From NCBI GenBank assembly GCA_963845065.1, contig CAWJQQ010000006.1, positions 1 to 64,000 on the forward strand: DNA of 64,000 nucleotides. The letters run 5' to 3'. Both the position numbers and the translations under genes were made by a program. This document shows, one piece after another, positions 10,293-19,202 of the stretch (position 1 is the stretch's first letter; every line of letters begins with the position of its first letter). The notes under the pieces are model-generated. The model worked only from the letters and a program-made list of their open reading frames with translations, was not told the origin of the DNA and did not search any database. The stretch comes from Nitrospirota bacterium. GTDB lineage: Bacteria > Nitrospirota > UBA9217.

Positions 10293-10720
10293 TTGTATAT
10301 AGTTTGTTTTTAAAGAGTATTTGGTACTTCTTAGATAATGCCTAATAAAAAATTGCTGCCTTATACTACTTGTGCTGGTTTGCTCTCGAAATTTATGGCA
10401 AGCTCGATTGGCAGTGAATCTTTGAACGTCGTTGCCAGTACCAGCAGTACAGCTGAATTTTATGTTAGAGGAACAATACAAATGCGGATGCCATATAGAG
10501 TAATGAGTATATTCTTGATATTGGCAGTCTGTATTTATTACCGAACTGCAAACCATAAAAGAATTGACGTAATTATGCCGAAAAGCAATGGGACATGGCA
10601 TACTCATTACTACACTAGATATGCACTCTTTTCCATGGTGTTAAGTAGGGGGTCTACTTAATAAATGGTTGGATTGCCCACCGCTGGACCGTCCCGCTGA
10701 CCAAAAAGCTAGGAATGTAA

Positions 10721-11369
10721 GTGTCAAAACTCCGCGTACAAAGCTTCGCGATTTCGATCGACGGCTACGGTGCTGGGCCGAGCCAAGACCTCCAGAATCC
10801 GCTCGGCGTCAAGGACCCTGAGTTGATGGAGTGGTTCTTCCACACTAGCGTGTGGCGGAGAATGCACGGCTATGACGATGGAGAGACGGGAGTCGATAAC
10901 GAAATTGCGAAGCAAGGCTTTTCCGGAATCGGTGTCTGGATTCTTGGGCGCAACATGTTCGGTCCTATCCGAGGCCCGTGGCTTAACGACAGCTGGAAGG
11001 GCTTGGTGGGGCGATGAGCCGCCATATCACACGCCCGTCTTCGTGCTAACGCATCACCCGCGGGCGCCGTTTAGGATGGCTGGAGGTACGGAGTTTCGCT
11101 TTGTGACCGAAGGTATTCACGCCGCTTTGGAGCAGGCGACTGCTGCAGCGGGCGGCCGCGACGTCCGCCTCGGCGGCGGCGTATCCACTATTCGGCAGTA
11201 TCTGCGCGCCGCCCTGATTGACGAACTGCACCTTGCCATTCGACCTGTCTTACTCGGTTCCGGGGAGCATCTCTTGAACGACATCGATTTGCGTGCTTTG
11301 GGCTACGAATGCGCAAAGTACGTAGCGGGCGAACGTGCGGCCCACGTCTTTCTGCGCAAGCGTGCGTGA
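10721..11369 (+). pseudogene. Dihydrofolate reductase/RibD C-terminal family protein, single frameshift near 11003
   Basis: ISIDGYGAGP...ILGRNMFGP then WWGDEPPYHTPVFVLTH...GGGVSTIRQYL..DEL in the next frame; extra T in the WKGWWG codons. Confidence 0.85.
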
Positions 11370-11393
11370 CCTGTCCGGCTCGCTCGGTAGGCC

Positions 11394-11452
11394 ACCTAAC
11401 CCCTCATTCAAGCGGGACGCCTAAACCAAGCCCCTAATTCAAACTTTCATAC
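11394..11452 (+). other. Degenerate attC-like site
   Basis: ACCTAAC (RYYYAAC) + CCCTCATTCAAGCGGGAC...GCCCCTAATTCAAAC then TTTCAT (core mutated), directly after a cassette-sized gene. Confidence 0.6.
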
Positions 11453-12496
11453 GCACTTTAGCAGGTCAAAGTGGCGAATCTACAGATCCACCACACTAAT
11501 AAGCACCGATGAAATAATTACAGTGCCAGCAACATTTAAGGTTGATCCTATTCGGGAAATACGTATTGGTGACTTGCGGGCCGAATTTGAAAAGACAACG
11601 CTTGGGGGAATTATCAATACACTCGGAATCGGCTCAATTCAACCTGAAGTGTTGTATCTTCAACTGGCGATGCAAAGTATTGGGTATGTTACTCTCTGCC
11701 AAATCAGCGCATTTGGATATCCAAATGATGGCAACCAGCCCCAGGGGTTGGTTCACTAGTGCACTATTGCGCTGGTTGCCCCTCTCCCTAGCATGGGCGA
11801 GTCTTCGAATCTCGGCTGCGGGGCCTTCCGGGATCACCACAGTCAGGGCGTGGAACAAAGGTACTCCTCAGGAGGCCATAGAGAACATTAACAACACATC
11901 CAGGGTAGAAACAGAGACGCGGCTGCGTTCAGGAGAGCCCTCGAACCTACTATGGAATAAAGCAATGCTGAACTTCCGCTACTAGACCGAGGCAGCTCCG
12001 AGGCGAAAATAAGTCATGCGGTCAAATCCGCGCATATCAGAATGATCAAACGTCGCACAACAGGCCCCGTCTCTGTTTGTGCCTTGGAGCAATACTAAAA
12101 CCAAAGCCCATAAAAAAGGGTGACGGGATACTATTTTCTCCTTGACACTGTCAACCATATCAGTAGGTGGAGCCCAGTATTTTAACCGCTGTGGTGCGAT
12201 GATAATATTCGGATTGAAGTATGTAGTACAGCAAATCGCATTGAATGTCCAAAATAGCTCGGAATTGCTGTTCGAAGCAAATCGAATCTACTATTCGAAC
12301 TCGATCGGCATGGTTGTCCAATGCTGCTGGAATACCCAACATTCCCCTCTTCTTCAGACTTAAATTTCTGGATTGATTCAAGCTGGATCATTGCGGTACC
12401 CTTTTTTTGGCTGAGAGTTACCTCTCTTCCAGGATCGAATCCTTCGCTGCTCTCGCAACACGGGATTTTACAAACATCTTAGTCTTGATACAATGA

Positions 12497-12832
12497 TCAT
12501 ATGGCAACATTTTCCTCCAATGCTTTTTGTACGAGTTGATTGAGCGAGAGCCCCATCATGGTAGCCTTGTGCGCTGCTTTCCTATGGAGATCCGGAGAAA
12601 TCCTGACATTAAAACTGCCTTTGAAGGACCTATTTGGCTCTCTATGCATTTTTTTGCAAGTTTCGAGATAATCATCAACAGCTTCATGGAAGGCTTTTTT
12701 GAGTTCCTGTACGCTTTTACCATCAAACATGATAAGATCATTGATAGCATCAATTTTCCCATGGAAGACTTCATCCTCAGCACTGAAGTGAACCAAGCCA
12801 ATATAGCCTTTATAGATCATGGCGTCCTTCAT
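12497..12832 (-). CDS. hicB: HicB family antitoxin
   Basis: YKGYIG..F, FHEAVDDYL, FKGSFNVRISPDLH; overlaps hicA stop. Confidence 0.92.
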   Translation of the reverse strand: MKDAMIYKGYIGLVHFSAEDEVFHGKIDAINDLIMFDGKSVQELKKAFHEAVDDYLETCKKMHREPNRSFKGSFNVRISPDLHRKAAHKATMMGLSLNQLVQKALEENVAI

Positions 12833-13089
12833 TTAATTACCCCCTTATCTTTCAGGTGTTTTTCTATATCATTCAAGTAACATCTTTTCATGATCTGCGT
12901 CGGGTGCGGTCTATGAAATTTTATCATGTCTTCTATCGTTTTATTATAGAATCCTACCCGTGATCCTGCCGTCTTGCCGGTCTTTACTTCTTCATAACCG
13001 AATTCTTTGAAAAGCTTGATAATCTCACCGTAAGTAAAATCAGTTGGTCTAGACAAAAACCTCCGCAATAGTTTGTCGGTTTTACTCAT
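12829..13089 (-). CDS. hicA: HicA family toxin
   Basis: GKTAGSRV, FHRPHP; small basic protein upstream of hicB. Confidence 0.9.
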   Translation of the reverse strand: MSKTDKLLRRFLSRPTDFTYGEIIKLFKEFGYEEVKTGKTAGSRVGFYNKTIEDMIKFHRPHPTQIMKRCYLNDIEKHLKDKGVIK

Positions 13090-13302
13090 AAAAAATAATA
13101 CCATACATTTCCGTAATTTGCAACTATAATTTAGTCGCCTATTCTTTAAGGGAAGACAATAAGGGCCTTCCTAATTCGAGTGTGGACGAAAAGCGGATTG
13201 TTCCCATGTGCCTCTCATGTAATAAGATCAGCGGTACATTCACGCTGAAGGATGGCGTATCTATTCCAAGTGCTAACCAATGACAAACTTGCGCCGAAAA
13301 AA

Positions 13303-13372
13303 GTATAGCCTGTCGCTCAAAGGGACGCTGAGCGATAACGTCGCGCTGCGCCCCTGAATTCAAACGTTCATG
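13303..13372 (+). other. Degenerate attC-like site
   Basis: TCGCTCAAAGGGACGCTGAGCG...CGCGCTGCGCCCCTGAATTCAAACGTT imperfect palindrome; tail shared with the site at 11394. Confidence 0.6.
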
Positions 13373-13717
13373 TGCATGTTTCCACCGATAATCCGTAATC
13401 GTTTTTTGCACGCACTTGTGCAAGATTGTAGGTGTTGCTCGGAGCGTCAAGGTCGCGAGAAAAGTGATAATTACTTTTTGAAGTATGGCGCCATAAGTCC
13501 TTCCTACGGAGTTATTATGACTACCATTCGTTGGACTAAACCGCTACGCGGTAGCTAAAACTCCAAGACACAACGGCTGAAAAATCCTTCGCCGTGCGTA
13601 TTCTCGTCCGTCAATCCCCACGCTTGATCAATATAGCTCATCCCTATAAAATCTCTTTCCGTATCACCATCGGCGTCATGCCGCTGGATAATCCGACACA
13701 CGGAAGGAGATTCAATC

Positions 13718-14558
13718 ATGGGAAAGTTGCGCGATCAGATGTTGGCAGACATGGAACCCCGGGGACACAAAAGCATATCTTCGAGAAGTCCGTAATTTTG
13801 TGAAGCTCTACAAGAAACCGCCGGAACAACTCGGTACCTAGGAAGTTAAGGAGTGCTTGCACCATGCCGTGAAAGTGCGAAAGATAGCCCTTTCAACCCT
13901 CCGGATCTATTACAGTGCCTTACGCTTCCTGTATATGATTACCCTGAAGCGTGGCTGGGTGGTCGACAAGATTCCCTATCCCAAGCAGAAACAGAAGCTT
14001 CCCGTCGTTCTTGACCTTGACGAAGTACTCAACCTATTTAGGGTCACCGAGAACCTGAAGCACAAAGCTGTCCTGATATTGACCTACTCCGCCGGGCTCA
14101 GGATAAGCGAGACTGCGAATCTTATCTCTTCGGATATTGACAGCAAGCGTATGCTGATACATGTCCGGCAAGGCAAGGGCGGCCGCGATCGCTATACCAT
14201 TTTGTCGAATGTCGCACTTGATGCGCTCAGGCAGTACTGGAAGAAATATCAGCCCTCACAGTGGCTGCTTCCAGGGCAGGAGCCGGACAAGCACATTTCC
14301 CTCACCTCGATCAATATGATATTCCACCATGCCAAAGCAAAGGCCGGCATCACCAAACCCGCAACCTGTCACACGCTAAGGCACAGCTTTGCGACTCACC
14401 TCCTCGAGGCAGGATCGAATCTCCACCACATTCAGTTGCTCCTGGGCCACGCGTCTCCCAAGACGACCACGATATATCTTCATGTGAGCAAACAGAACCT
14501 CTCGCAGGTCATCAGTCCGCTTGACAGCCACGATTCTAACACCTCCCACACCGCGTAA
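13718..14558 (+). pseudogene. Tyrosine recombinase/integrase, N-terminus disrupted (frameshift + stop), catalytic domain intact from 13857
   Basis: MGKLRDQMLADM at 13718 with GGAG RBS; YSAGLRISE, HTLRHSFATHLLE, LLGH, TTIY. Confidence 0.85.
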
Positions 14559-14564
14559 TACCTG

Positions 14565-15755
14565 ATGTCACCCCAGAGAGGTTCAATCGAGGTTGCGGAC
14601 ATCTTCCGCCGGTACGGTCCTGATTACCGGAGCGCCAACCCTATGCCTTTGCATCGTCTGCGCGTCATGCGGGCGATCGAAACCTGCCGCACCGCCGACC
14701 AGGGCGGTCATGTGGATGAGTGTGGGCACTGCGGCGCAAAGGTGATATCGTACAACTTCTGCAGAAACCGGCACTGTCCCAAATGCCAGTTTCTTAAAAA
14801 AGAGCAGTGGCTTGAGGCCCGGGGAAAAGACTTGCTACCCATTCCGTACTTCCACGTCGTCTTCACCATCCCCGATACGCTCAATCCTCTTGTCCTCCGG
14901 AATCAGGAAGTCCTCTACGGCATCCTGTTCAAGTCCGTTTCGGAGACTTTGACCCAGCTCTCGAAGAACCCGAAGCGCCTGGGAGCGGAGATCGGGTTCT
15001 TCAGCATCTTGCACACCTGGGGCCAGAACCTCATGGACCATCCCCATGTCCACAATGTCGTCACCGGAGGGGGATTGTCCCAAAACGGACAAACATGGAA
15101 GTCGTCCAAAAAAGACTTCTTTCTTCCGGTCAAAGTAATGTCAAAGCTGTTTCGGGGCAAGTTCCTTGACTACCTGAAAAAGAGCCGTGCTCACAATGCA
15201 CTCGTTTACCCCGGTGCCGTAAGCCACCTTGCGGCGCCGGGGGCATTCAATGCCTTGATCGCCGAGTTGTACAAAAAGAAGTGGATCGTCTACTGCAAGC
15301 CGCCGTTCGACGGGGCAAAAGGCGTTCTTGAGTATCTCGGCAGATACACACATCGGATCGCGATCAGCAACCACCGGATCGTGAAGATGGAGGACGACAA
15401 GGTCTCCTTCAAGTGGCGCGATTACTCCGACAACAACAAAAACAAAATCATGACTGTGAACGCCGATGAGTTCATCCGGCGGTTCCTACTTCACGTCCTT
15501 CCTGACCGGTTCGTCAAAATCAGGCATTACGGCCTTTTGGGCAACCGATGCCGCAGGAAAAAACTCGACCGATGTAGGGAACTTCTAGCCTGCGCCGATC
15601 AGAATAAGTCGGAACAGAAGACGGAGACGTGGCAAGAGGCTTTGCTTCGGTTCACCGGCATCGACATCGCTAAATGCCCTGCATGTGGCGAAGGCAAAAT
15701 GCGCTCCGTGGAGATTATACTGCCCGCTCGCTGCAAAAGACCGCCACGCACATGA
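14565..15755 (+). CDS. IS91-family rolling-circle transposase
   Basis: CRNRHCPKC zinc motif, HVVFT, HTWGQ, HPHVH (HUH), YLGRY (Y2), RHYGLL. Confidence 0.93.
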   Translation: MSPQRGSIEVADIFRRYGPDYRSANPMPLHRLRVMRAIETCRTADQGGHVDECGHCGAKVISYNFCRNRHCPKCQFLKKEQWLEARGKDLLPIPYFHVVFTIPDTLNPLVLRNQEVLYGILFKSVSETLTQLSKNPKRLGAEIGFFSILHTWGQNLMDHPHVHNVVTGGGLSQNGQTWKSSKKDFFLPVKVMSKLFRGKFLDYLKKSRAHNALVYPGAVSHLAAPGAFNALIAELYKKKWIVYCKPPFDGAKGVLEYLGRYTHRIAISNHRIVKMEDDKVSFKWRDYSDNNKNKIMTVNADEFIRRFLLHVLPDRFVKIRHYGLLGNRCRRKKLDRCRELLACADQNKSEQKTETWQEALLRFTGIDIAKCPACGEGKMRSVEIILPARCKRPPRT

Positions 15756-16224
15756 GCGAGAACATCACTCGAATCGAAAAACTGCCCTCTGCATCTCTTC
15801 CCGAAAACGACCTTGTTCTTAGCAACGATCTTCTATTGTCAAAAAGGCCAATTTCCCGTATAGTCCTCACTGAATGGGGCATGCGGCGCCGTCCAGAATC
15901 ATCGCTCTTTACTCGAACATATCCCGTAACAGGCCGTAAGCCCCAACCGATGCTGTAGTCGTTACCCTCATTTAAAAAGAAGAATCGTTTGAAACCCCAT
16001 AGCGAGGCGCGCAGCAGCATAGTCCAACTCGCTTCTTTCTGCAAAAAGGCAAGCAGAAAGAAGCCTAAACATTGCAAACTAGTAGGTGGTGATGAGATAG
16101 ACAAATATTTGGAAGATGTGTAGAATCGTGGTTGAAGCGTGCGTCGCGTCTTCTTCCTGAAATCTGTACTGATGGATTTTCAACTTGCATTTCACAGGAT
16201 GGCCAGAGACACGAGGACTCAAAA

Positions 16225-16893
16225 TTGAAAATCATATTATTTGGAGCGGCGGGGATGGTGGGACAAGGTGTTTTGAGAGAGTGCTTACTTGATCCGGATG
16301 TTGAAAGCGTGCTCGCAGTTGTGCGTAGTCCCCTGGGCCAACCTCAAGGGAAAGAAAAAAAAGTTCGGGAAATTATTCATTCCGACTTCACGGATTTTTC
16401 TGCTGTCGAAGACCAATGGCGGGGATACGACGCTTGTTTTTTCTGCCTCGGGGTTTCGTCGGTCGGTATGAGTGAACAGGATTATGCGCATGTAACCAAA
16501 GATTTCACGCTTGCAGCTGCCGAGCCGTTATCGCGGTTGAACCCCAACATGACGTTCATTTATGTTTCTGGGACGGGCACCGACAGCAGCGAGCGCGGAC
16601 GCGTCATGTGGGCGCGCGTCAAAGGGGAAACGGAGAACCGGCTGCTTCGGCTGCCGTTTAAGGGCGTGTATATGTTTCGCCCTGGATTTATTCAGCCGCT
16701 TAATGGAATAAAATCGAAAACTGCGCTCTATCGGGTTCTTTATCTCTTCATGGGGCCTTTCATTCCATTATTGAAGGCTCTCTTTCCGAAGATCGTCACG
16801 ACGACGGAGCAAGTGGGCCGCGCAATGATTAGAATCGCGAAACAAGGCGCGCCGAAACAGCTGCTAGAAAATAAAGACATCAATGCGCTTTAG
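16225..16893 (+). CDS. NAD(P)-binding epimerase/dehydratase family protein
   Basis: ILFGAAGMVG Rossmann motif, DACFFCLG, WARVKG; TTG start with GAGGA RBS. Confidence 0.85.
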   Translation: MKIILFGAAGMVGQGVLRECLLDPDVESVLAVVRSPLGQPQGKEKKVREIIHSDFTDFSAVEDQWRGYDACFFCLGVSSVGMSEQDYAHVTKDFTLAAAEPLSRLNPNMTFIYVSGTGTDSSERGRVMWARVKGETENRLLRLPFKGVYMFRPGFIQPLNGIKSKTALYRVLYLFMGPFIPLLKALFPKIVTTTEQVGRAMIRIAKQGAPKQLLENKDINAL

Positions 16894-16923
16894 AATATGT
16901 TGCAACGTGAGAGGAAAGGCATT

Positions 16924-17895
16924 ATGAGTAATATACTTACAAAACAACTTCAGGAATTTACAAAGCTCTGGGGAGGGTTCAGAGCCTCCCGCGTGGTACT
17001 CACTGCTAACAATTATGGCGTTTTTGATCATCTGAAGGCGGCGAAAACCGCCGGAGATATCGCTCGTGTTATAAGCACTGATCCGCGGCCCACCGAGATC
17101 CTTCTTGATGCTGTAACCTCTGTGGGACTGCTCAAAAAATCAGGAGGCAAATATCGTAATACCGAGATGGCCGGTAAGTTTCTGGTAAAGGACAGCCCTC
17201 TGTATCAGGGGGACATGTTGCGCCATGCTGACAACCTCTGGAAGAGTTGGTCCGGTCTGGACGAAGTCGTTAAGACCGGTTTGCCGAACCGGTCAGGAGG
17301 CCGTGATTATGGCTCTTTTATAAGGGCCATGCATAACAATGTCGTATTTCGCGCGAAAGGAGTCATATCGGCTATCGACCTCAAGGGTGTTAGGCGTGCG
17401 CTCGATCTGGGCGGCGGACCGGGAACGTACAGCATGGAACTTGCCAGGAAAAAGATCAATGTCACCCTATTTGACCTACCAGAAGCAATAGCAATCGCGA
17501 AAGAGATAGTAATTGAACATGGTATTGAAAATATCAATTTTGCGGCCGGAGATTTTCATTCCGATGATATTGGTGCAAACTACGATCTCGTCTTCATCAG
17601 TCAAATCGTTCATTCACTTTCTATCGATGAGAGTCTAGCCCTCATCGAAAAAGCGCACAGCGCACTGGGCCCTAAGGGTCGGATTGTCATCCATGAGTTT
17701 CTGCTCGAAAAGGACCGATCCCATCCGGTTCCCGCTGCCCTCTTCTCAGTCAATATGCTCGTCAATACCGCGGCCGGCAGGTCCTACACGGTTCAGGAAA
17801 TGAGAGAATGGCTCACGAAGGCGGGATTCAAGGGCATCAGGTCAAAGGCGCTCGGGGAGACAGTCGTAGTGATGGGAAAGAAAGATTCCCGCTGA
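16924..17895 (+). CDS. O-methyltransferase family 2 (dimerisation + SAM domain)
   Basis: LDLGGGPG, AGDF, winged-helix-like N-terminus. Confidence 0.88.
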   Translation: MSNILTKQLQEFTKLWGGFRASRVVLTANNYGVFDHLKAAKTAGDIARVISTDPRPTEILLDAVTSVGLLKKSGGKYRNTEMAGKFLVKDSPLYQGDMLRHADNLWKSWSGLDEVVKTGLPNRSGGRDYGSFIRAMHNNVVFRAKGVISAIDLKGVRRALDLGGGPGTYSMELARKKINVTLFDLPEAIAIAKEIVIEHGIENINFAAGDFHSDDIGANYDLVFISQIVHSLSIDESLALIEKAHSALGPKGRIVIHEFLLEKDRSHPVPAALFSVNMLVNTAAGRSYTVQEMREWLTKAGFKGIRSKALGETVVVMGKKDSR

Positions 17896-18064
17896 TATAT
17901 GGAACCTCACCATGCTCACGCGTGTCAATCTACGAAAGCTTAGGAAGAGCCGAAGTGCGTGGAGGGATTCACTAGAAGCTGCAACGGCGGAATACTCCGG
18001 ACAGCTGTTCATAAAAGAACCCTTTCCCCTTGCCCACTGAGGGCCTCCATGTTATCATCAACAT

Positions 18065-18412
18065 ATGAAAAAAACCAGCCGTACTAAAGCAACAAAGAAA
18101 ACACGCCGAAAACAGGATGTGACATTAAATAATATGCTATCGCAAATAACCAAAAAGAATATTCACCACGAGCATGACAGCGGTCAGACCGTCGGCATCA
18201 GTGATCTTAAAAAAGAAAATCATAATAATTTGGTTATGTACGATTTTGCGCTCACACTTGCTCGAAATGGGACAATTACCCATAAGAGGAGAACCAAAGC
18301 AATTCCAACCACAAGTATTCTCGCTTATCTTTCATACACTGTTGAGCTTGAAAAAGGGTTTACTGTTCGTATCTCTTACCATATCCTAAAAATACCTGAC
18401 CACATTTCTTGA
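18065..18412 (+). CDS. Hypothetical; N-terminal half resembles a MazE antitoxin C-terminus
   Basis: TLNNMLSQITKKNIHHEHDSGQTVG segment; remainder unrecognised. Confidence 0.3.
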   Translation: MKKTSRTKATKKTRRKQDVTLNNMLSQITKKNIHHEHDSGQTVGISDLKKENHNNLVMYDFALTLARNGTITHKRRTKAIPTTSILAYLSYTVELEKGFTVRISYHILKIPDHIS

Positions 18413-18671
18413 CATTGATCTTCAATGTATGGCATGATCATTGAGACTGGTAAAGAACGAAAATCCGTTCTTTCCTAGCCGCAGGCGGCTAGATAAACAC
18501 TGGTTACGCTCCTCATCTCTTGGCTCTCGCCATTACGCGGCTCTCGAACCCACCATTTTCCTGGTGAGTCTACTTGGCTGTCGAGAACAGGAACAACCGC
18601 AAGATGATGTTGAGGCAAATCCTGCAACTCCATGGGTAAGGGCTGTTGATATATTTGAACTGGTGATTGAA

Positions 18672-18839
18672 ATGATGAGAAACATGTCTGTCATGCTTTA
18701 CGTTCTGGCGATGATAGCAGTTATCGTTAGTGTAGATTTACTGTTCTTTAAGAATCGATTCTGGGAACGGCTGATAGTGAACATCGGTATTGTCTTGGTG
18801 TTTGCAGCTTTCTATTTGAGATTCCTAAAGAACCCGTAA
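18672..18839 (+). CDS. Small two-TM membrane protein (cassette-like)
   Basis: Two hydrophobic helices; followed by an attC-like site. Confidence 0.65.
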   Translation: MMRNMSVMLYVLAMIAVIVSVDLLFFKNRFWERLIVNIGIVLVFAAFYLRFLKNP

Positions 18840-18865
18840 GCTAAGCGCCGCGCCAGCAGCTGGTT

Positions 18866-18911
18866 GCCTAACACTTACATCGAGTCCGACGGCTCATGTG
18901 CAACGTTACAA
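18866..18911 (+). other. Short attC-like site
   Basis: GCCTAAC...ACATCGAG / CTCATGT (one extra base)...GTTACAA; central loop very short. Confidence 0.6.
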
Positions 18912-19087
18912 CCCGAAGTTCGCAAGAAAATAGATCGGTCGGGGGTCTCACCTTGTAGGTGTAGTCGAGATTTTTAGAACGCGAGGAATTGTACTAATTT
19001 ACAGGTTGAAATATACCTATTTTTATGCGCGACCCTGCAGAGAGGTTATATCAGCCAAATGTTGTATAGAACGCAGTCGGAAAGTAA

Positions 19088-19190
19088 GAACTTTATTGTT
19101 CCTGATTTTTGCAATTCTGCGAAAATCGCTAGAACTTTATTGTTTAGGCGGAACTTTATTGCTTAGGCGAGACTTTATTGTTTGCGGACA
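19088..19190 (-). mobile_element. Tn7-like transposon end with TnsB-type binding repeats
   Basis: Minus strand TGTCCGCAAACAATAAAGTCT; three tandem 19-bp repeats (19132-19187) plus a spaced copy (19088-19100) of CAATAAAGT. Confidence 0.8.
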
Positions 19191-19202
19191 AACATATAAC
19201 CA

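Larger units (their letters stand above)
13530..16028 (+). mobile_element. Tyrosine recombinase + IS91-type transposase element
   Basis: Two-gene unit bounded by 9-bp inverted repeat GTTGGACTA (13530-13538) / TAGTCCAAC (16020-16028). Confidence 0.65.

Noticed and set aside
10338..10661. 107-aa ORF after the acyltransferase
   Set aside because: No RBS, motif or recognisable family.
11523..12391. Short ORFs between the first attC-like site and hicB
   Set aside because: Probably decayed cassette remnants, but no family can be supported.
13718..14558. Integron integrase IntI serving the attC-like sites
   Set aside because: Short (~280 aa), no evident IntI-specific insertion, and co-oriented and coupled with an IS91 transposase.
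16139..16150. GTGCGTCGCGTC resembling the intron 5' end
   Set aside because: Only a 12-nt similarity with no further intron structure; likely chance.
19088..19187. CRISPR array or plasmid iterons
   Set aside because: Repeats are contiguous with no spacers and no cas or rep gene; the TGT terminus and register fit a Tn7-type end better.
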